DNA of 63,895 nt, filler included, from Phoronis australis (GCA_002633005.1; 8 parts of 8 records of this genome joined end to end with filler, not necessarily neighbours in it), one strand, 5' to 3'. Positions 12,400 to 26,191 are shown, counted from the whole stretch's first letter. The notes: generated by a model from the letters alone, not told the origin. A program made the numbers and translations.

Positions 12400-15164
12400 T
12401 CCACCATACAAGCAGACGGAATGACGAAATGCAGCCATAAATACACTCTTATGTGGGCCCCTGAAACTAACTAGAAAGAAGATACAGATTTTTGCCAAGT
12501 TTCAACACTCAACATTAAAGGCACAACTCAATTCTAACATTTTACAACTTAAAGGTGCGACAATTACCCACACCATCTGTCAAAACACAACTCGTGATTT
12601 TTGCCACTTACCATTGTAAAATAGTATTCTTCCTACCCCTTACTAAACTCAGGCATGATTTTTAAGATTAAGAAGAACTTCTAGCCTGTTATTGTTTCAG
12701 ACAGGAGCTAATTAAGTAGTTTGTTATGACTTGGTCAAGGAAGAGGAAAGGACACCACTTTTTTCCATGGTCAAGCAAGAACAAACAACTAAAGTGCCGT
12801 TCACATACATACTTCGCCTAGAACAAGTTACTCCTGGAATGAGTTTGAGTGCTAGGTTTGATTGCTGTGTGGACACTATTTAAACTAGCGCAACTTGCCC
12901 CATTTGTGACAACTTATTCCACCTTATCCAGGTGAGGTAACTTGCGCACTTCTAATTCCTGTGTGGTCTCAAGCCTGGAGCAAGGCGGAGGTAATAATCA
13001 CCTGTGGTTACATACAGATGGGTTTTCTCTTGCGCGCTGTGTTTGGCATTAGATGTTCATTGTCACGCGAAGAGCGACAACTTCAGCCTTACCCTAGTTA
13101 TCGGACATGTGTGGGCGCTCCCCTTAAAAGTGGGGTAAGTTGCACTAGTACTTGTTGTTCTAGGGTAGGCTGTGTGTGGGCGGGACTTAAAAACATGCTT
13201 AACGCTACACTGCACAATTTCAGCAGCAACTTTTTTAAATATGGAATCAATTCATTGACAACTTTTTATTGAATTGCTGTTTAATTGAGAAATGGAGACA
13301 GTTTGATACTTTTGTTATTCCTAAATAACCAGGAATACTCTGTTGGCAATTATGCTGTACAAAATTTCATAGAACTTCAATGGTCTCACCCAGGCTCAAA
13401 AGTTACCTGCAGGCCTACTGAAGTGCCACAAATATTGGCAATAGATGGCGACGCTTGCCATGTAACATGAGGTCAATCACTGAGCACTTCCAATAATGCC
13501 AGCAATGCAAGTTAGATCCCTTGCCCTCTTTGAAACACATGGAAATACTTGGTGGAGACTTGCTTCAGCTTGCCAAACACTAGACACTAGCCGCAGTAGT
13601 CTCACTAGGGGTGGAAGTGTTCACAATTCAGACCAACACAATACTAGGCAATACTAAGAAGAAAAAAACTGACCGAGAACATAATACGTTATCCAATCCT
13701 CTCTCCCAATTTAACAAACAACACTCACCTGAGACATTACCATGGAGTGTAAATTTCTGGTGGCATGGTACATACCAACTCCTTCTATAATATTCCCATC
13801 GACTTTAAGAAATTCTGTATAATTTGCAATTTATTCTATTCTATTTATTTTCAAATAAAACTGTTTTATATACAATGCACTTTAATGAAGGAGAAAGAAG
13901 AGACACTGACAAAGATACCCACACTAAATAAATCTAGTGTTCTCCACAAACTGTTTTGAATCGTCACAGTAATGATTTTAAACGTTTCCAAATACGTGAA
14001 TACTGTAAGAAACTGAGAATATATATTGTGCTAAACTGACTACGTCCTCCTGGTGGAGAGGAGAGAGGCTAGGACCAAACCATCCATAGCCTCAAGTCTT
14101 TACAAACAAGTAAAGAAATATGGTAATCCTTACAAAACCCCAGGGAGCAGATATGATGTAATATGGAGAGTTGACTAACATCCAAGAGACAAAGTAAACT
14201 CCTTCAAGAGTAGCTATTTGGCATTAGCAAAGACCCCCCAGCTGTTTAGTTATGGTAAATCTGTAACAAAAACAGATTAGTCGAGAACAATGCACACACA
14301 TCATCTTACAGTCTACAGCTCATTACACTAAGCTAAAGCAAGAGAAATTATCACCTTTGGAAACTTGGGTTAAGAATGTACATTATATTGCTTTTTGCTT
14401 GTCAATCAACCACATCAAAAGTTGTTTTTAACAAGTACTAAAAATTCATTATTCAAAATGACCATTTCAAAGATGATATCATGGCCTTACATAGGGGTGA
14501 ACAATGGATGTTTCAACAGTTATGCTAAACCAAAAAGCCCAACAGCACACATGAATCCACTGACAATGGAGTATAGTCACTCCACCTATTGGCAGCAAAA
14601 CTAAATACAGCAACTGGAATTTGCCCACTGGCAATGGTCCAAAAATGAGCCATAAAAGACAATACCCTAAAGATGACATTGAAGTTGTTTATAGCTAACA
14701 ATGGCCAAAATATTGTCCAGCAGAATTCCACTAGCTTGTAAACATCATCCCATCCAACAATACAGGCAACTCACAGCAACACAACACCAACAAGCAAAAT
14801 ATAGTTCTGTTAAAGTTGACCAAAACGTTTTAAATGTATGTAGTGTTTTAAAAGCACTTCAGATCTACTATAGAAACAAGCAAATAGAATTTCACTTGAC
14901 CACCATATTGTGTCGTGTTTTTACCATATCTTTAGGAAGTAAAGTCAGTTTCAACAAAGCTTTGCCATATTCAGGTGAGAAAACGATCACTTCTTACTGA
15001 AACGGTTTCACTGGCTCATGTGCATTCTAATAGTACTGAACTTGAGTCCAAAATTGGTGAAGGCATTTGTGCAAGTGAATAGAGCATTAAGGTAAACATC
15101 CATCCCTGATTATATTTTAATACCTATTTGATGCCTAGGCTGATTGTTTAATTTCCCAATCTAT

Positions 15165-15672
15165 AGGGCCTTTCATACTAACGTCGATGCGTCGATGGTT
15201 TGGGGAGTTGCGGTCAGTATGAACACTTAACTCCGGTCCTGGATCGTAGCTAACAGCTCCAATTAACATCGCAGTTAACAGGTGGATTTAATAGTGTAGC
15301 GTTGACGCTGCGGTGCAGTATGAACGCTTAACTTCGGTCCAATCGAAGTAATCGCCAGGGTGCCACTGTTATCGTCAACAGTTACAGGGTAGTGCAGTCA
15401 CCAATAGCGACTTATATTTTGCTCTAATAATAACTAATCGATTTGAAAATAAGTTCATTGTCACTTAGCACATGTAAATGTTTCCATATTGAAACATTGA
15501 AAAACATCTTAGCATGCAGCGCTACCTTGCGATAACTTCGATGACGACAGCGGCACCAACCGCTTACTTTGATGTTCATTAACTACCAAAGCCAGTATGA
15601 ACGGTCCAGTTAACTGCGCTGTTTACGTCGACGCTCCGCTCAGACAGGAGTTAAGTCAATATGAAAGGGCCT
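15165..15672. mobile_element. PIF/Harbinger-like MITE (508 bp)
   Basis: TIRs AGGGCCTTTCATAC / ATATGAAAGGGCCT; 3-bp direct repeat TAT on both sides; internal CAGTATGAAC motif three times. Confidence 0.75.
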
Positions 15673-15857
15673 TATGTGTATAGATGAGTATAGAAGTTGG
15701 GAGTCAGTTGCTTAAATTGTATACATATTCAATGTTAATCTTCAACAAGGCTGTGTAACCCAGGGAAAGGCAAACACAAACACAAACTCAGTTGTAATAA
15801 TGTAACTGCACAAAAACACACAATACCTGTCAATGTCCATTCCTCTATTAATTTTGA

Positions 15858-15957
15858 NNNNNNNNNNNNNNNNNNNNNNNNNNNNNNNNNNNNNNNNNNN
15901 NTTAATTAATTAANNNNNNNNNNNNNNNNNNNNNNNNNNNNNNNNNNNNNNNNNNNN
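15858..15957. other. Artificial scaffold linker
   Basis: N44-TTAATTAATTAA-N44. Confidence 0.97.
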
Positions 15958-16752
15958 GAGTTAAAATTCTTAAACATTTCGCAAAACAAATTTAAGTGTG
16001 ATTGCGATTTACGGCCATTTCGAGATTACCTTAAGAAAGCTACTTTTTACATTGGACAAAATCCGTGTTTCTATCCTACATCTATGAAAAAACAATTTAT
16101 TTCAAACTATAGCCTTCCTTTCTTCGCCTGTGACCATCATCTTGAGATGGTAATTGCACCGACTGTCGTCGGCATAGTTTTTCTTGCAATACTCATTCCT
16201 GCTCTTCTTATATATTATCGGCTCGATATAAAGTACTGGTGGTATTTAGGTCGCCGTCAAGTTGGATACCGCCCGCGAGTTGGCAGTGTTTACCTGTATG
16301 ACGCCTTCGTCTGCTACAGCAGAGCAGAAAGAGACTGGGTTATCGGGGAATTAGTCGAAGAACTAGAAAATGGCCCGAATGAGCGTTTCCATTTATGTAT
16401 ACATGAACGGGACTTTGACGTGGGCGGTGATATAAGCGAGAACATCGTCAGAAGTATTAGCTGCAGTAGAAGAGTAATTTTCGTCCTCTCTAGAGAATTT
16501 CTGCGCGCTCATTGGAGCAAATTTGAATTGAATATGGCCTTAATGGAAACCATGGAAAAAAGACGCAACTTTGTAATTCTAATTTTTTTCGAGAATATTC
16601 CGAAAAAAGAAATCCCGAATCACCTTCGGTGTTTCATGCGTCACGTGACCTATGCATCATGGCCCCAACACATAGGTCGTGCAAGAGAAATGTTTTGGAT
16701 GAAACTAAAACTGGCTTTGAGGAACACAGGAGTTGTCGAGGAAAACGTTTAG
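15958..16752 (+). CDS. Toll-like receptor, 5'-truncated (last LRR, LRRCT, transmembrane helix, TIR)
   Basis: Frame is open from the contig edge: ELKFLNISQNKFKCDCDLRPF...C.YP...C (LRR plus LRRCT), TM VIAPTVVGIVFLAILIPALLIYY, TIR box1 YDAFVCYS, box2 LCIHERDFDVG, SRRVIFVLS..F....WSKFEL, box3 FWMKLKLAL; no intron in this part. Confidence 0.95.
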   Translation, partial: ELKFLNISQNKFKCDCDLRPFRDYLKKATFYIGQNPCFYPTSMKKQFISNYSLPFFACDHHLEMVIAPTVVGIVFLAILIPALLIYYRLDIKYWWYLGRRQVGYRPRVGSVYLYDAFVCYSRAERDWVIGELVEELENGPNERFHLCIHERDFDVGGDISENIVRSISCSRRVIFVLSREFLRAHWSKFELNMALMETMEKRRNFVILIFFENIPKKEIPNHLRCFMRHVTYASWPQHIGRAREMFWMKLKLALRNTGVVEENV

Positions 16753-19700
16753 CCCAAAGAGAGAGTTATTACGCAACCTCCATCCCAAAAAACCTTTAAA
16801 AAAGATCCGAAGCTAAAACCCAATATCCTGAATGGAGCTCCTCCATAGTTCTGATATTTTCTACTTTACTAAATACAAAGATGAGGAGCCCTGTGTATTG
16901 TCAAAAGACTTCAGGTTTCCCCACCTTAATTGTGTATCTCTTGTGCATGGTATAGCCCTATCTGAGATCTGGCTGATTCCCGGCTTAAACAATAGATGAC
17001 GTGGTAATTACGTAGAGAAAGAATCGTACAGTTGACGTTTCAGCGGCTTATTGTCGGAAAATTGAAGTCAACGCTATGTAGAAACCCAGGAAAATATTCA
17101 AATTTAGGCAAGACATAGCTGATCGGATTCACACGAAGCTTTCACATACATGTACTGTGCTGTATGCACTATTCTCCAAAACGTGTTAGGAACTGTTTTT
17201 TAAGTGCTCCAGATTTCCATGAGGGGATACAAAAGTAAGATACTTCTGATTTTATGAAAACATAACGATATTTCAGAAAAACTATAGTAGCGTTACGGAA
17301 ATTTCATCTAATCAATTGAAATTTTGCCTCGTTATTGATACAACTGTTTTGCTCCGAACCTTCTTTTTGGTATTTTTTTAATATTAAAGTCACTCTACAT
17401 CTTTTTGCTAAGAGAAAATGTGCACTTTTACATGAGAGTTATTTTCTATTGCTTTGTGGATATTTAGCTTAATGCACAAGCTTGTCGATAACGTCCTACT
17501 TTACCGGTATACAACCTTAAAAACATAGGAGCATGCAAGGCCTTGCGTCATATTAGCCTTAGTACAGGTTACCCGAACAGCACGACTCACACAATCTGAA
17601 CACTGCGTGCTCGCGGACTTGTAAACTCATTTGACTGACTCACACACAGCTCCGAACTTGCGTTTTCCTTTGCAATCGCTCAATTTCCTATTGCACGGCT
17701 ATTGGACTTGCAAACTATCACAGAGTACATGGTCTGTTCAAGGACCTGGGAGCTAAGACTACCGAAGCATGATGCCACCAGTCACAGCCTATAATTGCCT
17801 TCGGTTAATCTTATCGAAGACTTAAAAAGTATGTCAAAAAGGTTTGAAATGCGTATTAAATGAACGATTTCCCACTACTCTCAAGTTTGACGTAGGTATA
17901 GCCTACATTCGCGCCCTCAGTGTCCTACACTGCAGCTCTATTTTGACATGGGGGTTGCCTTGTCACGTAACACAGGTCCTTAATAATATTAAGTGCCCAA
18001 ATAACAATGGAAATGAGTTTGCTACCATGAAAACCTATGTTTAGACAGTGCAAGGAGTAAGTAGTAAATATTTCAAAAAGTGGCTAAAAACCCGCGATAC
18101 CGTTATAAAAACGTTACGAAATTGGTATCAAATTGCTCCTTTAAAATTAGCCAAAATAACTGTGATTTCTGAACTTAAAAAGAACTGACAGTTCGTTCAT
18201 ACTGATGACAAGGCTCTATAAATGACGTCAGCAATTTGCACCCTGAACTGCCAAATGGAGTCTGTGGGAATTTTAGGAGGCATGCCCCCAAATTCGCCAC
18301 TGGTCCCGAAATGATTTTTCGGCCTTAAAACCGATGTCCAATCGGTATTACCCGCTTCTTATAGAAACTCCCCAGGGCGAGGAGATTCGCTCACAGTATT
18401 CTTCAAATATGTAATAATATAATATGTTTTCAAAAGATACATTTTATCTGTAAAACTGCAAAAATGTAATTTGTGTATAAAAGATGCATTTGTCTGTAAA
18501 ACTGCAAACTGCTGAATGCAGGGAACACAGTTTATAGAATATAGTTGCCTTGCCACATGTGTATAGTTTTTGGCCGACACATCTGTTCACTCACGGCTTG
18601 GTGCAGGCTCAGTGAAGTGCAGGTTTCTTTTTTAGCGTATATATCAATGCTAAGTAGCCTTATGTAGAATGTATGTCTACTGACACAGTTATATTTTTGC
18701 TTCTGCCAAATGCATTTATGTGTTTTTCGTTTACGTTGCTTTTTGCCGTTTTGTTTTTGTCGGCTATTGTTTTGTGTCATGTCAATTGTACATACAGTTT
18801 TAATCTTAGCTTTGGTTACATTATTTTTTTAGATCCATTTAGTTTCTTGTATGTTTGTTAAGGTGTGTTTTAATTCAGATTCGTTTATTTAGTCATGCAT
18901 CCATTTCATCGAAAGGTGGCGGTTTAGGCTTTGAAGATGTACTTGACAGACTAAATGAGTTGTTATTATTACTTGCATTTTGTTGTATCATTGGCAAAAT
19001 AAAGTCTCTGGCATCTTGGGCTCTTTACCTAACAGCCTGCATAATTATCTCTGGTCATTCTATCTGGTTCCCAAGGAATTTTTATAGTGGCGTGTGTTAA
19101 AAAGGGTTAGTGTTCAGTTGGACCCGAATTTGGAGAATAAGACTGTCAAATTTGGGGATTAGTGTTATTCTACATTAATATTTGGAGTTCGTCAACGTGG
19201 AATTTATTTTTTAAAAATCCTAAAGCTTTATTGTCAGATGCAAAAGCTTCACAGTCTTATGGAAACGCTGGACAAACGCTTGTAGAACGCATTTGTGAAG
19301 CGTCACAAAGGGTTCGTAAGCGAGTACTTTTCTGTGCGTAAAAGTGTCTTTATTTTGCGCGTATACACTGTAAGTGTATTAGGTTATCCTGCCAAAAGAA
19401 GTGGTCATTCTCTGAAGCACCCGTAGGTTCATTAGCGTCTACCTTTCTGCGCGAAATATGGATGATACGCAAGGCCTACCCATTTCAGTGCGCGCACTCA
19501 TGTTGTCCAGTCTAATTAATTCGTGAGTAGACAATACGAGATTGGAAAAAAAAATTGCCGATTTCTATCAAGCGAGCATCTTGGTTCATAGCATGCTGGT
19601 ATTTTGCAAGAAAAATGTAAGATTCAAACTAAAAATTAATTTTGACTTTTAATTGCTCAGAGATAGCATATCGCATTCAATAATTTCAAAAGTGCACTGA

Positions 19701-19861
19701 CACTAACAGAATTCAGAACTGTTCACATCATGACTCGTCAACCATACTCCTAAACCTAAGGCCCAAATGGCACTAACGTGGAACTCTTCCTGGTTGTTTG
19801 CCTAACGTCTTTGATTCGGCGTAATTCAGTACACGTACGTAGGCCTACATCGGTGTAGGTA

Positions 19862-20861
19862 CATAGGCGGCCTAGGGGGCCCGGGCCCCCCCACCCCCTT
19901 GGCTGCCGCAAAAAAATAAAACAGTAAGAGCGTAGGGAAATGGTGAGTTTATTAATTAACCCCGGTAATTAATATTATACGGATGAAAAAAGATTTAAAT
20001 GTGTGCAGTTTTAGTGTTGGGGGGGAGGGCACAAATCCAATTTCAAGTGTCAAATTCGGAACACGGCGCGTTCGTAACGGAACTATGGCTAAGTATAGAA
20101 TCTCCCGCGATATCCTAGGCGACCGGCAGCGGCGCTGTGCACTACGACTCCGTTTCCGTCGTCTGCTCCACTGTGCAATGAAGAAAATTTACTTCATTTT
20201 TTAAAGAAAATGGAACCTGAGTGACGATGAAAAAACAGAAGCTGCTGGTAAGATGTGAATTTTAATCGAAGCCATAATGAATCACTCAGAAACTCGCAAT
20301 ACTCTCTTTGTCAAACCTTATCTTAAGACGGTTTCCAAAGCAATCCCTTCATTATTGCCAACACGAAAACTGGATTTGGTCTTTTGGGCATTTGAAGACT
20401 ATTTCAAATACGACAAATTTGTTAAGAATTGATGGCACAAAATATAAAACGTGTAATAAGCATTACAAAAAGAAGTAGGTTTCGCGCGCAAACGCTGTGG
20501 CCCATAAACAAGTAAGTCTTTTAGTATAAAAGATCTAGTTAAATCGTGGTGGTGTAGTGGTAACGTACGCGCGCTCTGTCCGCCAGGGCGTGAGTTCGAG
20601 TCTTTGATACTTGCTTTATTTTTACTGTTTGACACGTTCTCTGTGGTTTTTTTTTGCCTTTTTTCTTGGATAATACTTCAGGAATCAAGGAAAATGCTTG
20701 ATTTTTAGAGGTAAAAACAGAAAAAATTCCTGGGCAAACCCCCCTCCCGACCTCCCCCCATTCGGTGCTATGCGCATCTACATTCGTGGTTCAGTTTGCG
20801 CAAATGCTTCCAACCGGACAAAATGTTGGGCCCCCCTTGTGATATCCTAGATCCGCCACTG
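19862..20861 (+). mobile_element. hAT-like MITE family, copy 2 (1000 bp, complete)
   Basis: CATAGGCGG...ATCCGCCACTG; flanks TAGGTA / CAGGTA; matching empty site (single TAGGTA) seen in the duplicated segment near 21555. Confidence 0.9.
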
Positions 20862-20968
20862 CAGGTAAGCATACCGTAATCCAAGTCAAATGATTCGAAG
20901 AGCCGAGGGTTTCTACATCTATCTGCACACAAAAATGTGTCTACGTGTAGATTTAGCATATTCTACAA

Positions 20969-21390
20969 CAGTGGCGGATCTAGGATATCCCAAGGGGGGG
21001 GGCAACATTTTGTCCGGCTGCGGCTGTAAGCATTTGCCAAACCACGATTTTAGGTGCGCATAGCACCGAATGGGGGGAGGGGGGCTCCCCTCCTGCCCAG
21101 GAATTTTTTCTGCTTTTTCCTCTAAAAAACAAGCATTTTCCTTTATTCCTGAAGTATTATCCAAGAAAAAAAGGCAAAGAAATAAAAAAAAAACGAAGAA
21201 CGTGACAGGAAAATCTGCAAATGTCAGGAACTCGAACTCACGACCTCGCCGAGAGCGAGCGCGCATGCTTTACCACTACACCACCATGACTTCACTACCA
21301 ATCCCTTATTTAAAGACCTACTTGTTTATGGTCCACAGCGTTTGCGCGCGAAACTTACTTCTTTTTGTAATGCTTATTACACGTTTTAAT
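20969..21390 (-). mobile_element. hAT-like MITE family, copy 3 (cut by N junction; probable allele of copy 4)
   Basis: Begins CAGTGGCGGATCTAGG after the same flank TTCTACAA as copy 4; ends at N 21391. Confidence 0.85.
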
Positions 21391-21391
21391 N

Positions 21392-22077
21392 ACACTAACA
21401 GAATTCAGAACTGTTCACATCATGACTCGTCAACCATACTCCTAAACCTAAGGCCCAAATGGCACATGTACTAACGTGGAACTCTTCCTGTTTGTTTGCC
21501 TAACGTCTTTGATTCGGCGTAATTCAGTACACGTACGTAGGCCTACATCGGTGTAGGTAAGCATACCGTAATCCAAGTCAAATGATTCGAAGAGCCGAGG
21601 GTTTCTACATCTATCTGCACACAAACATGTGTCTACGTGTAGAATTAGCATATTCTACAACAGTGGCGGATCTAGGATATCCCAAGGGGGGCAACATTTT
21701 GTGCGGCTGTAAGCATTTGCCAAACCACGATTTTAGATGCGCATAGCACCGAATGGGGGGAGGGGGGCTCCCCTCCTGCCCAGGAAATTTTTCTGCTTTT
21801 TCCTCTAAAAACCAAGCATTTTCCTTTATTCCTGAAGTATTATCCAAGAAAAAAAGGCAAAGAAATAAAATAAAAAACGAAGAACGTAACAGGAAAATCT
21901 CCAAATATCAGGAACTCGAACTCACGACCTCGCTGAGAGCGAGTGCGCATGCTTTACCACTACACCACCACGACTTCACTACCAATCCCTTATTTAGAGA
22001 CCTACTTGTTTATGGTCCACAGCGATTGCGCGCGAAACTTACTTCTTTTTGTAATGCTTATTACACGTTTTATATTT
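21392..22077 (+). other. Probable second haplotype of 19700-21390 (assembly duplication)
   Basis: Restarts ACACTAACAGAATTCAG after a single N; colinear with 19700-21390 apart from the missing MITE copy 2 and small indels. Confidence 0.75.
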
Positions 22078-22624
22078 TGTGCAATCGGTTCTTAGCAAAT
22101 TTGTTGTATTCAAAATAGTCTTTAAATGCCCAAAATACCAAACCCGTTTTTCGTGTTGGCAATTGCTTTGGAAATCGTCTTAAGTTAAGGTTTGACAAAG
22201 AGAGAATTTTGAGTTTCTGAGTGATTCACCAAGGCTTCGATTAAAATTCACATCTTACCAGCAGCTTCTGTTTTTTCATCGTCACTCAGGTTCCATTTTC
22301 TTTAAAAAATGAAGTAAATTCTCTTCATTGCACAGTGGAGCAGACGACGGAAACGGAGTCGTAGTGCGCAGCGCCACTGCCGGTCGCCTGGGATATCGCG
22401 GGAGAGCCTATACTTGGGCATAGTTTCGTTACGAATGCGCCGTGTTCCGAATTTGACACTTGAAATTGGATCTGAGCCTCCCCCCCCTCCCCGAACACTA
22501 AAACTGCACACATTTAAATCTTATTTCATCCGTATAATTTTAATTACCGGAGTTAATTAATAAACTCAACATTTCCCTACGCTCTTGCTGTTTTACTTTT
22601 TTGCGGCAGCTAAATCCGCCTATG
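21661..22624 (-). mobile_element. hAT-like MITE family, copy 4 (complete)
   Basis: CAGTGGCGGATC...ATCCGCCTATG; perfect 6-bp TSD CTACAA. Confidence 0.9.
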
Positions 22625-23490
22625 CTACAACTAATAGTACCGTATTTCACTAGTTAAATAAGTTTGTGTGACCATATGGACTCATCTATCTTACACCCCC
22701 CCCCCNCCCCCCCCCCCCCCCCCCCTTTCCTCAATTCAGTCGGACCGGTCCACTAGGATGCTTATTTCCAGCCTTCTAATTTGGTCTATGTTTTCACGGG
22801 CCTGACAAGGTGCTGGCAGGCGTATACCAAAAATTGTTGCGAGATCCCCCATTTCGGGTGCCAGGTCTGCTACTTTCCACCCCCTTTTGCGGGTAGATTT
22901 TTCTGCCTCACGTTTCGCCAAATGGAAATTTAGAGGCCTATTGTACTCCGCACTGGTCCCACTAAACTTGTTGAAAAAGTGCCACCTACCCGCAGTTTTT
23001 GGTACACGCCTGCGGGCATCTTGTCAATATGAGGACCCCTGGCATCGAGGATCTTGAGTTTGCTCAGCTCCCGACTCTTGCAGCCTGCCTCCCGTTCAGT
23101 AACGCTAGGACCTCGCTAAAAAGCAAGACTTCGCGAGATTACGTGAGATATTGCAGTGTATTTTAAATGACTCGGAGAACACGTGACCTTGACCAGATTT
23201 TAGCTACTGAACGCACGCCTGATGACTGTCAGTGTCTATAAGAATTTCTTTTGTTAGCGTTCCACGTGTGTTTCAGTTTTATTTCCTTGTGCCAGTTACA
23301 CAGAAGTACGCGCATGTCTAAACATTTCAATTTTCCCACCCACTACCTCCCATCACTTTTGGCACCTTCTAGTACCTCTGTGTTGCGCTGTCTTATTGCA
23401 CATCTTGGGTTAGGGCTAGGGTGGCACTAAATTGCGAATTTGAAAATGGCGCCTGCAAGCATTAGGTATTACTAGAGTTTGTAACTGAAA

Positions 23491-23595
23491 TAGAATCCTA
23501 TCACGGTGAAGTACGAGACCAACTTTCTGAGAGTAAAATGCCCAATTCGATTTTTGTTTTTAGCCAAACAATGAGAACGAAATGCATGCAGTTTT
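23491..23595 (+). repeat. Old ~110-bp interspersed repeat, copy 3
   Basis: TAGAATCCTATCACGGT...GAGACC...GAGAGTAAAA...CCAATTC...CCAAACA similar to copies 1 and 2, on a different scaffold. Confidence 0.6.
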
Positions 23596-24206
23596 AACAT
23601 TTACCTGAAATTTTCGTTCAACTGAACACTCATAGTGTTCCTTCTGTGATATCACACCACATGATCAGCTGAACACTTGATGGGAAAATCTATAATTCAA
23701 ACTTATTTTCTCTGGACACTGCCCAGACAACTAGTACATTCTACTAAGGAATGGTGACTCTACCATGTCCACTCAAGGATTCTTGACTTTCACCCATAGA
23801 GCCTCTCTGACACCACTGTCAAACATGGTGGTGTCAGACTTAAGTTGCCTGTCCATGGTGGCCCAGGTGCTTTCGAGAAACAACGGCAGGAAAACGCAGT
23901 TTTTGTGGGAATTAGTCAAGTCCGTGATCAGTCTCAGAAGGAGCCATGTTGCTCTACAACCTTTAGACAAAATTTACAAGTGTTTTTTTGTATTTCAAAA
24001 CTTGTTTACAAACTGAACATAAGAAAATAAAATTTTGAGCAAAACTTGATTTTATTTGAATGAATTAACAAGTTTATGATAACAAATAAACAAGTTTTAA
24101 GGTGAAAGTGCCAATAAACAAGTCAGGATTGTTAGCTTGCATGAATAGAATGCTTCAATGAATGCTCCCCAAAAACCTCCTTCCTATACTCACTTGATTG
24201 CTACCA

Positions 24207-24348
24207 TATACTGGTATGCCCGTATACGGTATGCAAGTATACTGGTATGCCCGTATACTGGTATGCAAGTATACTGGTATGCCCGTATACTGGTATGCAA
24301 GTATACTGGTATGCCCGTATACTGGTATGCCCGTATACTGGTATGCCC
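24207..24348 (+). repeat. 16-bp minisatellite TATACTGGTATGC(CC/AA)G, about 9 units
   Basis: Tandem units with mostly alternating CCCG/CAAG variants; explains the spurious repetitive ORFs here. Confidence 0.95.
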
Positions 24349-26191
24349 CAGCAGATATTTGGGGATGTCATTTTTTGGGCCAATAGTCCAAGTTCAAATA
24401 CATCCCTGGTAGTATATTATCCCATAACTAACATGCCCTTGAGCCTATATGCACAGTTAATGTATCCAGAGCTAAATGAAATCATCATGACATCATCATC
24501 AATAGCATTATGGTAACAAAGGTTTCTTCGTTGAATTATTCATGTTGCTATAGGTTATGAATGTCACGTTCTATGAAACTGGGGAAAGTTTTGCAGTGAA
24601 TAACTATGCACATTTCCCCCTAAACATAATCCCTGAATGTATTTTCTGAAAATTTCCTCGAATATATACAGTGCGTGTAAAAATTAATTTGGCAAAATGA
24701 CCCAGAATTCTCTACCATGACGACCAAACGCTGGGAAGTTTCCCTCACGACGGCAGAGGGGCTAAAGGAATTTGAGAAATTTCATCTAAGGCATTTCTAC
24801 ATTGTAACATCCACTCTGTTCACATGTTAACGTTTTTTCGAATGTATGGTGGTATAATTGTTGGCATGTAAACACCCAGTGACACCACAGATAATTTGGT
24901 GACGTGTAAACAATACGACGGAAAAAACAGGCAATTGGGCACAACAGAATTAAAAACATGGATCCATATGTTTTTAGGAGCCAGTACGACAATGCAACCA
25001 TCATACAAAAATAAAACATTGAAAGTGGGTCTCAAAATGTATCGAATTATCAGCAAATCTCTTGCGCAAAAATTTTTTGAGACACGCGCAATCTGATAAC
25101 GCTGGAATAAACGTCATCACCTAAAATACAAATTATGAATCAATTAACATGTTTAGTAAGTTATTTGTGATTTCACCGGATGGTTATAAGCTGACAAGCA
25201 TCTCACAAAGCATTTGAAAAACAACAGTGGTGTAGATGAAGTCACCGAAATAAAAATCAGAGTTACTGGAATGATAAGTTATGACCGGGAAATGGAAATT
25301 TATCTGTAATGAATACTTCTGGGGTGCATTGTAAGTCCACTAAGCATATTTTCAGCTTGGTTTATATACAGAAATTGTCTTTACTAGATCAAATGCCCTT
25401 AGGTGTACTTTCAGCACCGTCATTATGAAATTATCAACATTATAGAAAAAATAATCAAAAGTTTGAATAAAGAAACCAAACTGAGGACTCATGGTCTATT
25501 CTCCAAACCCAACGAAACTCAAGACTTGAAACTTAACCAGTCATGCTACATTATTTGAGAACAAATTTGCAAGTTTTCTCCAAGCATCGACTGCCCTGCA
25601 ACTGGCCAATTTTCGAGTTGAGTTTTGACTACAGAGACTGGAGTGGGGCCCAATAAGAGAAAATACATGAAATCTATACATGCGAAATCCTACTCTGAAA
25701 TATGTCATGACTGCATGACACCTGCATGACAACAGTACAATCATTGAAATGGTGTACAAAAATGTGGATAAGCAGTCACTTTCAAAGTAAGAAACTCTTA
25801 GTTGAGGTCATAACCTGACCACAGTTGAGCTTCATTTGTCAACTACAGGGTGCATTCTGGAAACAAAATTCCTGAAACAAAGGGTGAACTTTTTGGCAAA
25901 ATCATATCTTGGCCGAGAGGGGGAGCAGGTAAAATGTAAAAACCTGTGGTGGTTACATCTCACTACCACCACAGGCAAAATACAAAACAGAAATAAATAG
26001 CTTCAGAAAGCTGAATGTTCATTCTGTATGCAGAGCATTTCCGTTCCTTCATTACGCAGAACCTTTCTGTTGTCATGCGTTGTCTCCTTCATTGTCTCGC
26101 ATCTTACTCTAAAAGATGTTGTTTTGAAGCTAGTTTCGTAAATTGTATCAAAAAAGATATGCTGAGTAAAACATACACAATTCCCAGCTTG

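Noticed and set aside
23765-23962. Exon-like segment on the minus strand (AG...GTAAGA)
   Set aside because: All three frames contain stops and nothing is recognisable.
24207-24348. Regular short repeats resembling a CRISPR array or repeat protein (also 5228, 45057, 50735)
   Set aside because: Units are head-to-tail with no unique spacers, there are no cas genes, and the context is eukaryotic; these are minisatellites.
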